Below, piece after piece: positions 1 through 9,745 of a stretch of DNA of 64,000 nt; the stretch's first letter is position 1, and each line of letters opens with the position of its first letter. The notes under the pieces are model-generated. The model worked only from the letters and a program-made list of their open reading frames with translations, did no database searches and was not told the DNA's origin. The stretch comes from Pseudomonas aeruginosa PAO1 (GTDB lineage Bacteria > Pseudomonadota > Gammaproteobacteria > Pseudomonadales > Pseudomonadaceae): assembly GCF_000006765.1 (NCBI RefSeq), contig NC_002516.2. One strand, 5' to 3'. The position numbers and the translations under genes are program-made.

Positions 1-343
1 GGAAGCCTGCACCCGTTTCCTCCTGGCCAATCCACGCAATCGCCTGCGTATCCTCGTTGGCGACAGCGCCCAGGCCGTGCGCAACGGCCACCGCCTGATC
101 AGCCTTTCGCGCCGCCTGTCGAGCAACTGCCTGATCCGCCGGCTCAACCCGGACTACCCTAAAGAGGACGACGCCTTCCTCCTGGCCGACGACCAGGGCC
201 TGCTACTGCGCCCGAAACCGGCGCAACCGGCGGGCTACGCCTGCTACCGTGCCGCCGGGCGGGTGCGTCAACTCCAGGCCCGCTTCGAGCAGGCCTGGGA
301 CACCAGCCTTTCCGACCCGGACCTGCGGAGCTTCCTCCTGTGA
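1..343 (+). CDS. 3' part of a conserved hypothetical protein (PA2632-like), truncated by the window edge
   Basis: Frame is open from base 2 (EACTRFLLANPRNRLRILVGD...) to TGA at 341-343; the stop overlaps the next GTG start. Confidence 0.75.
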   Translation, partial: EACTRFLLANPRNRLRILVGDSAQAVRNGHRLISLSRRLSSNCLIRRLNPDYPKEDDAFLLADDQGLLLRPKPAQPAGYACYRAAGRVRQLQARFEQAWDTSLSDPDLRSFLL

Positions 344-1161
344 CCCTGTTGCGCACCACCCTGCTCTCCTCGCTGCTGGCGACGGTCGTTCTCGGCGCCT
401 CGGCCGCCCCGCGCACCGAAGTGATCCCGCTCAACTACCGCACCGCCGACGACGTGATGGCGGTGGCCCAGTCGGTCATCGGCAGCGAAGGCAAGGTCAC
501 CGCCTATGGCAACCAGTTGATCGTCAATGCCGAGCCGGCGAAGATCCGCGAGTTGCAATCGGTCCTGCAGCAGATCGACTCGCGCCCGCATCGCCTGCTG
601 ATCACCGTGGATACCAGCGAGAACCTGCAACAGGACAGCCGCGGCTATTCGGTGGATGGTTCGGCCAGCGCCGGCAACATCGAGATCCAGAGCGGCCGCG
701 GCGAGGTCAACGGCAAGGATCGCGTCCGCATCATCCGTCGCTCCACCGACAGCCGTTCCGGCGGCAGCCAGCAGGTCCAGGCCACCGAGGGCTACCCGGC
801 GCTGATCCAGGTCGGCCAGAGCGTCCCCATCACCAGCACCGCCACCGGTCCCTACGGGCAGATCTACAGCCAGACCGAATACCGCAACGTCAACCGCGGC
901 TTCTACGTCACCGCGACGCTGACCGGCAACCTGGTGCACGTCACCATCAGCTCCAGCAATGACCGCCTCAGCCAGAGCCATCCCGGCGTCATCGATACCC
1001 AGAGCACCGACACCCGGGTCAGCGGCAAGCTCGGCGAGTGGATCACCCTGGGCGGCGTCAGCGAACAGAACCAGGCCGACCAGCGCGGCTTCGTGCGTCG
1101 CTACTCGACCCAGGGACGCGACGACACCAGCCTGCGCCTGAAAGTCGAAACCCTCGACTGA
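340..1161 (+). CDS. Secretin-like exported protein with a NolW/N3-type domain and a reduced secretin beta domain (PA2633-like), 273 aa
   Basis: Sec-type signal peptide MTLLRTTLLSSLLATVVLGASAA; N3-like segment TEVIPLNYRTADDV...QLIVNAEPAKIRELQSVLQQID; secretin-like strands ALIQVGQSVPI and GEWITLGGV. Confidence 0.75.
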   Translation: MTLLRTTLLSSLLATVVLGASAAPRTEVIPLNYRTADDVMAVAQSVIGSEGKVTAYGNQLIVNAEPAKIRELQSVLQQIDSRPHRLLITVDTSENLQQDSRGYSVDGSASAGNIEIQSGRGEVNGKDRVRIIRRSTDSRSGGSQQVQATEGYPALIQVGQSVPITSTATGPYGQIYSQTEYRNVNRGFYVTATLTGNLVHVTISSSNDRLSQSHPGVIDTQSTDTRVSGKLGEWITLGGVSEQNQADQRGFVRRYSTQGRDDTSLRLKVETLD

Positions 1162-1295
1162 CCGACGGCGCTCTTTCCAGCGCGAATTGCCTCCCGCTCC
1201 GGCAAAGCCGCGGGGCGCGGGCTCTTGCGGGCATTTTCGATGCAAACGGAAACATCTCGACCAGACAAGACCATCCGGTCACTCTTAGACCTTCG

Positions 1296-1321
1296 TGTAG
1301 TAGTCTTGAAAAAACACTACA
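1296..1321. promoter_or_regulatory. RccR (HexR/RpiR-family) type operator upstream of aceA
   Basis: Perfect palindrome TGTAGT-N14-ACTACA immediately upstream of the -35 element; matches the known RccR site architecture at Pseudomonas aceA. Confidence 0.75.
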
Positions 1322-1327
1322 AAACGT

Positions 1328-1356
1328 TTGACGACGGATTTTTTCCAGAGCATGAT
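1328..1356 (+). promoter_or_regulatory. Sigma70 promoter of aceA
   Basis: TTGACG (1328-1333), 17-nt spacer, CATGAT (1351-1356). Confidence 0.7.
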
Positions 1357-1755
1357 GGCCCCGCTCCCGCTAATCAGGGGCTCTGAAACGACGAGCTCCC
1401 GGTGCCTGCGCCGATACGCCCTCGGCCTCCACCGTGTTGATCTGCCCACAAGGCGGCTTGACGAGATTGCGACTGGAACGAAGTTGTCCTGAGGGACGGG
1501 GAAGCGTTTACGTATCAGCCAGATCGAAAGACTCGACAGCGAGTCGCCCACCGGCAACCACGAGCCGAACGGCACTTGATCCAGTCGAGAAGCACGGTCC
1601 GCGAACTGTTCGTCTCCACCCCCTCCTCGGCGTCATTCTTCGCCACGGTCATTCTCTCGCCATGCAGCGGTGAGCCACCCGCAAGACAACCTTCACCAGC
1701 AGGTTTTGAGTGGGTCAGTCGGTGCTCAACCAATACATTTCTTGAAGGATTGACC

Positions 1756-3351
1756 ATGTCCGCATATCAGAACGAGATCAAGGCAGTTGCCGCGCTGAAA
1801 GAGAAGAACGGCAGCAGCTGGAGCGCGATCAACCCCGAGTACGCAGCTCGCATGCGTATCCAGAACCGCTTCAAGACCGGCCTGGATATCGCCAAGTACA
1901 CCGCGGCCATCATGCGCAAGGACATGGCCGAATACGATGCGGACTCCTCCGTCTACACCCAGTCGCTGGGTTGCTGGCACGGCTTCATCGGGCAGCAGAA
2001 GCTGATCTCGATCAAGAAGCACCTGAAGACCACCAACAAGCGCTACCTCTACCTGTCCGGTTGGATGGTCGCCGCGCTGCGCTCCGACTTCGGCCCGCTG
2101 CCGGACCAGTCCATGCACGAGAAAACCGCGGTTTCCGGCCTGATCGAAGAGCTGTACACCTTCCTGCGCCAGGCTGACGCCCGCGAGCTGGACCTGCTGT
2201 TCACCGGCCTGGACGCTGCCCGCGCCGCTGGCGACAAGGCCAAGGAAGCCGAGCTGCTGGCCCAGATCGACAACTTCGAAACCCACGTGGTGCCGATCAT
2301 CGCCGACATCGACGCCGGCTTCGGCAACGCCGAGGCGACCTACCTGCTGGCCAAGAAGATGATCGAAGCCGGCGCCTGCTGCATCCAGATCGAGAACCAG
2401 GTGTCCGACGAGAAGCAGTGCGGCCACCAGGACGGCAAGGTCACCGTTCCGCACATCGACTTCCTCGCCAAGATCAATGCCGTACGCTACGCCTTCCTCG
2501 AGCTGGGCGTGGACGATGGCGTGATCGTCGCCCGTACCGACTCCCTGGGCGCCGGCCTGACCAAGCAGATCGCCGTGACCAACGAGCCGGGCGACCTGGG
2601 CGACCTGTACAACTCCTTCCTGGATTGCGAAGAAATCTCCGAGTCCGAGCTGGGCAACGGCGACGTCGTGATCAAGCGCGAAGGCAAGCTGCTGCGTCCG
2701 AAGCGCCTGGCTTCCAACCTGTTCCAGTTCCGCAAGGGCACCGGCGAAGATCGCTGCGTCCTGGACTGCATCACCTCGCTGCAGAACGGCGCCGACCTGC
2801 TCTGGATCGAAACCGAGAAGCCGCACGTCGGCCAGATCAAGGCAATGGTCGATCGCATCCGCGAAGTGATTCCGAACGCCAAGCTGGTCTACAACAACAG
2901 CCCGTCCTTCAACTGGACCCTGAACTTCCGCCAGCAGGTGTTCGATGCGTTCGTCGCCGAAGGCAAGGACGTTTCCGCCTACGACCGCAACAAGCTGATG
3001 AGCGTCGAGTACGACGACACCGAGCTGGCCAAGGTCGCCGACGAGAAGATCCGCACCTTCCAGCGCGATGGCTCGGCCCACGCCGGCATCTTCCACCACC
3101 TGATCACCCTGCCGACCTACCACACCGCCGCGCTGTCCACCGACAACCTGGCCAAGGGCTACTTCGCCGACGAAGGCATGCTGGCCTACGTGAAGGGCGT
3201 GCAGCGCCAGGAACTGCGCCAGGGCATCGCCTGCGTCAAGCACCAGAACATGGCGGGCTCCGACATCGGCGACAACCATAAAGAGTACTTCGCAGGCGAA
3301 GCCGCTCTGAAGGCCAGCGGCAAAGACAACACCATGAACCAGTTCCACTAA
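1756..3351 (+). CDS. aceA: Isocitrate lyase, 531 aa
   Basis: MSAYQNEIKAV start after an AAGGA Shine-Dalgarno; ICL motifs IIADIDAGFG and EKQCGHQDGK. Confidence 0.97.
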   Translation: MSAYQNEIKAVAALKEKNGSSWSAINPEYAARMRIQNRFKTGLDIAKYTAAIMRKDMAEYDADSSVYTQSLGCWHGFIGQQKLISIKKHLKTTNKRYLYLSGWMVAALRSDFGPLPDQSMHEKTAVSGLIEELYTFLRQADARELDLLFTGLDAARAAGDKAKEAELLAQIDNFETHVVPIIADIDAGFGNAEATYLLAKKMIEAGACCIQIENQVSDEKQCGHQDGKVTVPHIDFLAKINAVRYAFLELGVDDGVIVARTDSLGAGLTKQIAVTNEPGDLGDLYNSFLDCEEISESELGNGDVVIKREGKLLRPKRLASNLFQFRKGTGEDRCVLDCITSLQNGADLLWIETEKPHVGQIKAMVDRIREVIPNAKLVYNNSPSFNWTLNFRQQVFDAFVAEGKDVSAYDRNKLMSVEYDDTELAKVADEKIRTFQRDGSAHAGIFHHLITLPTYHTAALSTDNLAKGYFADEGMLAYVKGVQRQELRQGIACVKHQNMAGSDIGDNHKEYFAGEAALKASGKDNTMNQFH

Positions 3352-3399
3352 GGAACAGGGGCCAGCCGGGCAGCCACGATCTGCCCGGCCCGCCTCGCG

Positions 3400-3426
3400 A
3401 AAACCCCGGCTCCGGCCGGGGTTTTT
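3400..3426. terminator. Intrinsic (bidirectional-looking) terminator after aceA
   Basis: AAAACCCCGGC-TCCG-GCCGGGGTTTTT; a second hairpin GCCGGGCAG-N7-CTGCCCGGC lies at 3365-3389. Confidence 0.9.
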
Positions 3427-3459
3427 CATTTCCGGATCATGGCAAAAGGCCTCGAGTGC

Positions 3460-3493
3460 CTGTCATCGTCCCGTCGCTTTCAGCGGTTAGCGT
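3460..3493 (+). promoter_or_regulatory. Putative Pho box and -10 element
   Basis: CTGTCAT-N4-CCGTCGC (3460-3477), then 10 nt, then TAGCGT (3488-3493); this is PhoB-type spacing, upstream of a PhoX gene. Confidence 0.5.
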
Positions 3494-3529
3494 CAATGCT
3501 CCGTCGATCAGCCCACAAGGAGCACGTCC

Positions 3530-5548
3530 GTGAGCCTGGAGAAAAAAGATGCCATCCTGTTCGGTGATGGCGACGAGTTGCCCAGCAACCATTCGAACAA
3601 CCCGCACATGAACGACCTGATCGCCGGCCTCGGCCGCCGCCAGGTCCTGGCCGGCGGCGCGGCGCTCGGCGCCCTCGCCTTCCTCGGCGTCGCGCTCCCC
3701 GCCAGCGCCGCTCCCGCCGAAGCGCAGGTGCCCGCCGCGGAAGGCCTGCGCGGCTTGCCTTTCAAACGCCGCAACCGCTTGCCCTTCGAAGCCATCGCCA
3801 GCGGCCGTGCCGATACCATCCGGGTGCCCGCCGGCTACAAGGCGACGCCCTTCATACCCTGGGGCACCCCGATCAGCGGCAGTTATCCGGGCTTCCTCGA
3901 CGACGCCAGCAACAGCGCCCAGGACCAGGCCGAACAGATCGGCATGCACCACGACGGCATGCACTTCTTCCCGATCGACGCGCAGTTCGGCTTCGGCGGC
4001 GGACACATCAGCAACCATGGCCTGCTGGTGCTCAACCATGAATACATCGACGCGCCGCTGCTGCACACCAATGGCCCGACCGTGGTCGATGGCAAGCGCA
4101 CCGTCGCCGATGAAGTGCGCAAGGAAATCAACGCCCATGGCGTTTCCGTCGTGGAGATCCGTCGCAACGTGCGTGGCGAGTGGAATGTCGTGCCGTCGCA
4201 ACGAAATCGCCGGATCACCGCCGCCACGCCGATGCGTATCGCCGGCCCGGCGCGCGGCCACGAACTGCTGCGCACCCGCCACAGTCCGGACGGCACCCGC
4301 ACCCGCGGCACCCATAACAACTGTTCCAACGGTTTCACCCCCTGGGGCACCTACCTCACCTGCGAGGAGAACTGGGTCGGCTATTTCTCCACCCAGGACA
4401 GCGAACTGCCGCGCGAACTGACCCGCTACGGCATTCGCAACACCAGCCGTTTCGGCTGGGAAACCCTGGCGGGCGACGAGTTCGAACGCTTCGACGCCAC
4501 CCGCAAGGGCAAACAGGCCCAGGACGACTACCGCAACGAACCGAACAACTTCGGCTGGATCGTCGAGATCGACCCGTTCGACCCGCAATCGGTGCCGGTC
4601 AAGCGCACCGCTCTCGGCCGCTTCGCCCACGAAGGCCTGGTCTTCGCCCCGGTCAAGCCGGGCCGCCAGGTAGTCTGCTACTCCGGCGACGACTCGCAGA
4701 ACGAATACATCTACAAGTACGTCAGCCGCGACAAGTTCCGTCCGGGTCGCAGCAACACTCGCCTGCTCGACGAAGGCACCCTCTACGTCGCCCGCTTCAA
4801 CGCCGATGGCAGCGGCCAGTGGCTGCCGCTGGACATCGCCGACGGCAACTTCCGCGCGGCCTGTCGCAAGGCCGGGGTGAGCTTCGCCGACCAGGGCGAA
4901 GTGCTGATCAACACCCGCCTGGCCGCCGATGTCCTCGGCGCGACCAAGATGGATCGCCCGGAGTGGGGCGCGGTCAACCCGGACAACGGTGACGTCTACT
5001 TCACCCTCACCAACAACACGTCGCGCACCGTCGCCGACGCGGCCAACCCACGGGTGAAGAACGCCTACGGCCATATCATCCGCTGGCGCGAACGCAGCCG
5101 CGACTATGCCGGGCAACGCTTCACCTGGGACCTGTTCATGCTCGCCGGTCCCGGCGAAGACAGCCGCGGCCCGGACGGCAAGCCGCTGAACCAGGACAAT
5201 ATCCTGGCCAGCCCCGACGGCCTCTGGTTCGACCCGGAAGGCCGCCTGTGGATCCAGACCGACATGAGCGGCAGCCAGTTGAGCAGCGGCCCGTTCGGCA
5301 ACAACCAGATGCTGGTGGCCGACCCGCGCACCGGCGAACTGAAGCGCTTCCTCACCGGTCCGCTGGGTTGCGAGGTGACCGGCATTGCCGCGACGCCGGA
5401 CTTCCGTACGCTGTTCATCAACATCCAGCACCCGGGGGAAGGCTCGACCGCCGATAACCTCCTCAGCACCTGGCCGGACGGGCCGGGCCGCCGGCCACGC
5501 TCGGCCACCGTGGTGATCACCCGCGAAGACGGCCGACGCCTGCTCTGA
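3530..5548 (+). CDS. phoX: PhoX-family (DUF839) alkaline phosphatase, Tat-exported, 672 aa (PA2635-like)
   Basis: GRRQVL twin-arginine motif followed by a hydrophobic segment; PhoX motifs NCSNGFTPWGTYLTCEEN, GRFAHE, MDRPEW, SPDGL, GCEVTG, NIQHPGE. Confidence 0.88.
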   Translation: MSLEKKDAILFGDGDELPSNHSNNPHMNDLIAGLGRRQVLAGGAALGALAFLGVALPASAAPAEAQVPAAEGLRGLPFKRRNRLPFEAIASGRADTIRVPAGYKATPFIPWGTPISGSYPGFLDDASNSAQDQAEQIGMHHDGMHFFPIDAQFGFGGGHISNHGLLVLNHEYIDAPLLHTNGPTVVDGKRTVADEVRKEINAHGVSVVEIRRNVRGEWNVVPSQRNRRITAATPMRIAGPARGHELLRTRHSPDGTRTRGTHNNCSNGFTPWGTYLTCEENWVGYFSTQDSELPRELTRYGIRNTSRFGWETLAGDEFERFDATRKGKQAQDDYRNEPNNFGWIVEIDPFDPQSVPVKRTALGRFAHEGLVFAPVKPGRQVVCYSGDDSQNEYIYKYVSRDKFRPGRSNTRLLDEGTLYVARFNADGSGQWLPLDIADGNFRAACRKAGVSFADQGEVLINTRLAADVLGATKMDRPEWGAVNPDNGDVYFTLTNNTSRTVADAANPRVKNAYGHIIRWRERSRDYAGQRFTWDLFMLAGPGEDSRGPDGKPLNQDNILASPDGLWFDPEGRLWIQTDMSGSQLSSGPFGNNQMLVADPRTGELKRFLTGPLGCEVTGIAATPDFRTLFINIQHPGEGSTADNLLSTWPDGPGRRPRSATVVITREDGRRLL

Positions 5549-5665
5549 CGCGCCACGACGACCTGCGTTGGCCGGAATGCCGGCGCAGGTCGCCGCTACA
5601 GCCGTGGGCAAGCCCGGGCAAAGCGGGTGGAATGCAGGCTCCCCTCTCTATGGAAGGACGCCAGC

Positions 5666-6181
5666 ATGCCCAAGCGCAATCGTCTCAGCCGCGCCGTCGG
5701 CGCCATCAACCTCCTCCCCCGCCGCCTGCGCAGCCGCAGCCTGACGCTGCTGCTGGGCTCCCAGGTGCGCTTCGCCGGCACGGCGAGGGTGCGCATCCAT
5801 GAACTGGGGCAGGAGCGCGCCATCCTCAGCCTGAAGAACCGTCGACCGGTGCAGAACCACATAAAAGGTATCCATGCCGCGGCGATGGCCTTGCTCGCCG
5901 AGTCGGCCAGCGGCTTCCTGGTCGGAATGAACGTACCGGACGACAAGCTGCCGCTGATCAAGACCATGAAGATCGACTATCTCAAGCGCGCCCAGGGCAA
6001 CCTGACCGCCATCGCGACGCTGGAGGCCGGACAGATCGAGCAGATCCGGCAACAGGACAAGGGCGAGGTCCGCGTGGCGGTGTTGGTCAGCGACGAGAAC
6101 GGCAACCAGCCGATCGCCTGCGAAATGGTCTGGGCCTGGGTCGGCAAGAAACCCCGGGTCGCTACCGCAGCCCCCAGGTAG
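5666..6181 (+). CDS. Hot-dog fold / PaaI-like thioesterase (DUF4442), 171 aa
   Basis: NHIKGIHAAAMALLAESASG and MKIDYLKRAQG motifs; AAGGA Shine-Dalgarno before ATG 5666. Confidence 0.8.
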   Translation: MPKRNRLSRAVGAINLLPRRLRSRSLTLLLGSQVRFAGTARVRIHELGQERAILSLKNRRPVQNHIKGIHAAAMALLAESASGFLVGMNVPDDKLPLIKTMKIDYLKRAQGNLTAIATLEAGQIEQIRQQDKGEVRVAVLVSDENGNQPIACEMVWAWVGKKPRVATAAPR

Positions 6182-6461
6182 CGCACCTCCGGAGCGACTA
6201 CATCTACGCTGCGAAGCGAACCGCCGCAAACCTTGCCCAGCGCCTTCGCATCCGTCACGAAGAACCGCGGGCGCAGCCCCAGGCGGCGCCGCAGCCGGGT
6301 TGCCATGGTGCGGAAAGAAGAAAAACCTCCATGCGCCCGGCCCGGAGAATATTCCCGGTTTAATGCAATAACGGATTGGGCGAGAGTAATTACCAATAAA
6401 AGGGTAAACAATAGTAACGCGGCGAAGAATATATGTAGCGAAGTTATACGGATGCGACATT

Positions 6462-6485
6462 GCAAACGATATTCATTATCGTTTG
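6462..6485. promoter_or_regulatory. Fur-box-like palindrome upstream of nuoA
   Basis: GCAAACGATATTCATTATC matches GATAATGATAATCATTATC at 15 of 19 positions; it sits within a perfect inverted repeat CAAACGATA-N5-TATCGTTTG. Confidence 0.6.
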
Positions 6486-6780
6486 AAGCCTTGCAAAGAG
6501 CCCTCCACCACGCTTCGCGGCAATACGACCAAAAGCCAGCCAGGCCGCGCCATTTCTCGCAAAGACAGCATTCACGAGGGTTTCGGGGATTAACCAAAGC
6601 GCTGGAAAAAGCAGAGAAGCGTCTGTTTGTGTTAGAAAAATTTACTTGTCCGGCGCTTTGGGCATAAAATCGGAAAGATACATACAACCCTTAGCTCACT
6701 ACGCAGCGGGTTGCACAAGAAGTCGGGCATTGCGCCCAGAACCCACGATCTTATATATCCGGTACAGAAGGAGTATCAGC

Positions 6781-7194
6781 ATGCCAAACCCAGCTGAACT
6801 TGCAGCTCATCACTGGGGATTCGCTGCCTTCCTTCTAGGGGTCGTTGGCCTTCTCGCCTTCATGCTAGGGGTTTCGTCCCTGCTTGGCAGCAAGGCATTT
6901 GGTCGCAGCAAGAACGAACCCTTCGAATCCGGGATCGTCCCCACCGGAGGCGCACGCCTGCGTCTCTCGGCAAAATTCTATCTGGTCGCGATGCTCTTCG
7001 TGATCTTCGACGTCGAAGCCCTCTTCCTCTTCGCCTGGTCGGTGTCGGTTCGCGAAAGCGGCTGGGCCGGCCTGATCGAGGCAACCATTTTCATAGCAAT
7101 TCTGTTGGCGGGTCTTGTCTATCTTTGGCGGATCGGTGCGCTCGATTGGGCTCCCGAAAGCCGTCGCAAGCGGCAGGCGAAGCTAAAACAATGA
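6781..7194 (+). CDS. nuoA: NADH:quinone oxidoreductase subunit A
   Basis: KNEPFESG and [14 protein letters not shown] motifs; first gene of the nuo operon. Confidence 0.96.
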
Positions 7195-7204
7195 GGCTTT
7201 GGCG

Positions 7205-7882
7205 ATGCAATACAAACTTACCCGGATCGATCCCGATGCGGCCAACGACCAATACCCGATAGGCGAACGGGAAACCGTAGCCGACCCGCTGGTCGAGGGC
7301 CAGGTTCACAAGAACATCTTCATGGGCAAGCTCGAGGATGTGCTGAACTCCACCGTCAACTGGGGTCGCAAGAACTCGCTCTGGCCCTATAACTTCGGGC
7401 TGTCGTGCTGCTACGTGGAGATGACCACCGCCTTCACCGCGCCGCACGATATCGCCCGCTTCGGCGCCGAAGTGATCCGGGCGTCGCCGCGCCAGGCCGA
7501 CTTCATGGTCATCGCCGGCACCTGCTTCATCAAGATGGCCCCGGTCATCCAGCGCCTCTACGAGCAGATGCTCGAACCCAAGTGGGTCATCTCCATGGGC
7601 TCGTGCGCCAATTCCGGCGGCATGTACGACATCTATTCGGTGGTCCAGGGGGTCGACAAGTTCCTCCCTGTGGACGTCTACATCCCCGGCTGCCCGCCCC
7701 GTCCGGAGGCGTTCCTGCAAGGCCTGATGCTGTTGCAGGAATCCATCGGCCAGGAGCGCCGCCCGCTGTCCTGGGTCGTTGGCGACCAGGGGGTCTACCG
7801 CGCCGAAATGCCGGCCCAGAAAGACCTGAAACGCGAGCAGCGCATCCAGGTGACCAACCTGCGCAGCCCCGACGAAGTGTGA
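7205..7882 (+). CDS. nuoB: NADH:quinone oxidoreductase subunit B
   Basis: [28 protein letters not shown]. Confidence 0.97.
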
Positions 7883-7962
7883 TCCGGAACTCCCGGCCAG
7901 CCCCGCTGGCCGGCCGAGACCAGCCGCGTTCACCCCACCGTTGACCGAAAGCGACCGAGACC

Positions 7963-9744
7963 ATGACTGCAGACTCCGCTCTGTACATCCCGCCTTACAA
8001 GGCAGACGACCAGGATATCGTCGTCGAACTGAACTCCCGCTTTGGCGCCGAGACCTTCACCGTCCAGCCCACCCGTACCGGCATGCCGGTGCTCTGGGTT
8101 CCGCGCGAAAGACTGATCGAAGTCCTGACCTTCCTCCGTCAGGTACCCAAGCCCTACGTGATGCTCTACGACCTGCACGGCGTCGACGAGCGGTTGCGCA
8201 CCCATCGCCGCGGCCTGCCGAGCGCCGACTTCAGCGTGTTCTACCACCTGATGTCGCTGGAGCGTAATAGTGACGTGATGATCAAGGTCGCCTTGTCCGA
8301 GCGCGACCTCAACCTGCCCACCGCCACCCGTATCTGGCCCAACGCCAACTGGTACGAGCGCGAAGTGTGGGACATGTACGGCATCACCTTCACCGGCCAC
8401 CCGCACCTGACCCGCATGCTGATGCCGCCGACCTGGCAGGGCCATCCGCTGCGCAAGGACTACCCGGCGCGCGCCACCGAGTTCGATCCCTACTCCCTGT
8501 CCGCCGCCAAGCAGGACCTGGAGCAGGAAGCCCTGCGCTTCAAGCCGGAAGACTGGGGCATGAAGCGCCACGGCGAGAACGAGGACTACATGTTCCTCAA
8601 CCTCGGCCCGAACCACCCGTCCGCCCACGGCGCGTTCCGCATCATCCTGCAACTGGACGGCGAGGAGATCATCGACTGCGTCCCGGAGATCGGCTACCAC
8701 CACCGCGGCGCCGAGAAGATGGCCGAGCGCCAGTCCTGGCACAGTTTCATCCCCTACACCGACCGCATCGACTACCTCGGCGGGGTGATGAACAACCTGC
8801 CCTACGTACTCTCGGTGGAGAAGCTCGCCGGGATCAAGGTGCCCCAGCGGGTCGACGTGATCCGGATCATGATGGCGGAGTTCTTCCGTATCCTGAACCA
8901 CCTGCTGTACCTGGGCACCTATATCCAGGACGTCGGCGCCATGACCCCGGTGTTCTTCACCTTCACCGACCGCCAGCGCGCCTACAAGGTGGTCGAGGCC
9001 ATCACCGGCTTCCGCCTGCACCCGGCCTGGTACCGCATCGGCGGCGTCGCCCACGACCTGCCGCGCGGCTGGGACAAGCTGGTCCGCGAGTTCCTCGACT
9101 GGATGCCCAAGCGCCTCGACGAGTACGAGACCGCGGCCCTGAAGAACAGCATCCTGCGCGGCCGGACCATCGGCGTCGCCCAGTACAACACCAAGGAAGC
9201 CCTCGAGTGGGGCACCACCGGCGCCGGCCTGCGCGCCACCGGTTGCGACTTCGACCTGCGCAAGGCCCGCCCCTACTCCGGCTACGAGAACTTCGAGTTC
9301 GAGGTACCGCTGGCCCACAACGGCGACGCCTACGACCGCTGCATGGTCAAGATGGGCGAGATGCGCCAGAGCCTGCGGATCATCGAACAGTGCCTGAAGA
9401 ACATGCCGGAAGGCCCTTACAAGGCCGACCATCCGCTGACCACGCCGCCGCCGAAAGAACGCACGCTGCAACACATCGAAACCCTGATCACCCACTTCCT
9501 GCAGGTTTCCTGGGGCCCGGTCATGCCGGCCAACGAAGCCTTCCAGATGATCGAGGCGACCAAGGGTATCAACAGCTACTACCTGACCAGCGACGGCAGC
9601 ACCATGAGCTACCGCACGCGTATCCGGACGCCCAGCTTCGCGCACCTGCAACAGATCCCCTCGGTGATCAACGGCAGCATGATCGCGGATCTGATCGCCT
9701 ACCTGGGTAGCATCGATTTCGTTATGGCTGACGTGGACCGCTGA
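7963..9744 (+). CDS. nuoCD: NADH:quinone oxidoreductase fused subunit C/D
   Basis: [13 protein letters not shown] and GHPLRKDYP (C part); [11 protein letters not shown] and C-terminal DFVMADVDR (D part). Confidence 0.97.
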   Translation: MTADSALYIPPYKADDQDIVVELNSRFGAETFTVQPTRTGMPVLWVPRERLIEVLTFLRQVPKPYVMLYDLHGVDERLRTHRRGLPSADFSVFYHLMSLERNSDVMIKVALSERDLNLPTATRIWPNANWYEREVWDMYGITFTGHPHLTRMLMPPTWQGHPLRKDYPARATEFDPYSLSAAKQDLEQEALRFKPEDWGMKRHGENEDYMFLNLGPNHPSAHGAFRIILQLDGEEIIDCVPEIGYHHRGAEKMAERQSWHSFIPYTDRIDYLGGVMNNLPYVLSVEKLAGIKVPQRVDVIRIMMAEFFRILNHLLYLGTYIQDVGAMTPVFFTFTDRQRAYKVVEAITGFRLHPAWYRIGGVAHDLPRGWDKLVREFLDWMPKRLDEYETAALKNSILRGRTIGVAQYNTKEALEWGTTGAGLRATGCDFDLRKARPYSGYENFEFEVPLAHNGDAYDRCMVKMGEMRQSLRIIEQCLKNMPEGPYKADHPLTTPPPKERTLQHIETLITHFLQVSWGPVMPANEAFQMIEATKGINSYYLTSDGSTMSYRTRIRTPSFAHLQQIPSVINGSMIADLIAYLGSIDFVMADVDR

Positions 9745-9745
9745 C

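Noticed and set aside
1576-1755. N-terminal extensions in the ORF track (aceA from 1576, nuoA from 6646, GspM-like from 42394, vgrG from 62082, pfeR from 61886)
   Set aside because: Downstream starts have Shine-Dalgarno sequences or stop/start overlaps and match family N-termini. The extensions overlap promoters or neighbouring genes.
3437-5611. Long antisense or alternate-frame ORFs such as 3437-5611, 7930-9759, 11679-14435, 27655-29835, 57519-59693 and 59485-61971
   Set aside because: They are shadows of real high-GC genes on the other strand or frame. They have no family motifs or RBS, and stop-free antisense frames are expected at this codon bias.
5648-6687. ORFs 5648-6460, 5977-6687 and 6233-6667 across the nuoA upstream region
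   Set aside because: They have no recognisable motifs and overlap an AT-rich regulatory region and a real gene on the opposite strand.
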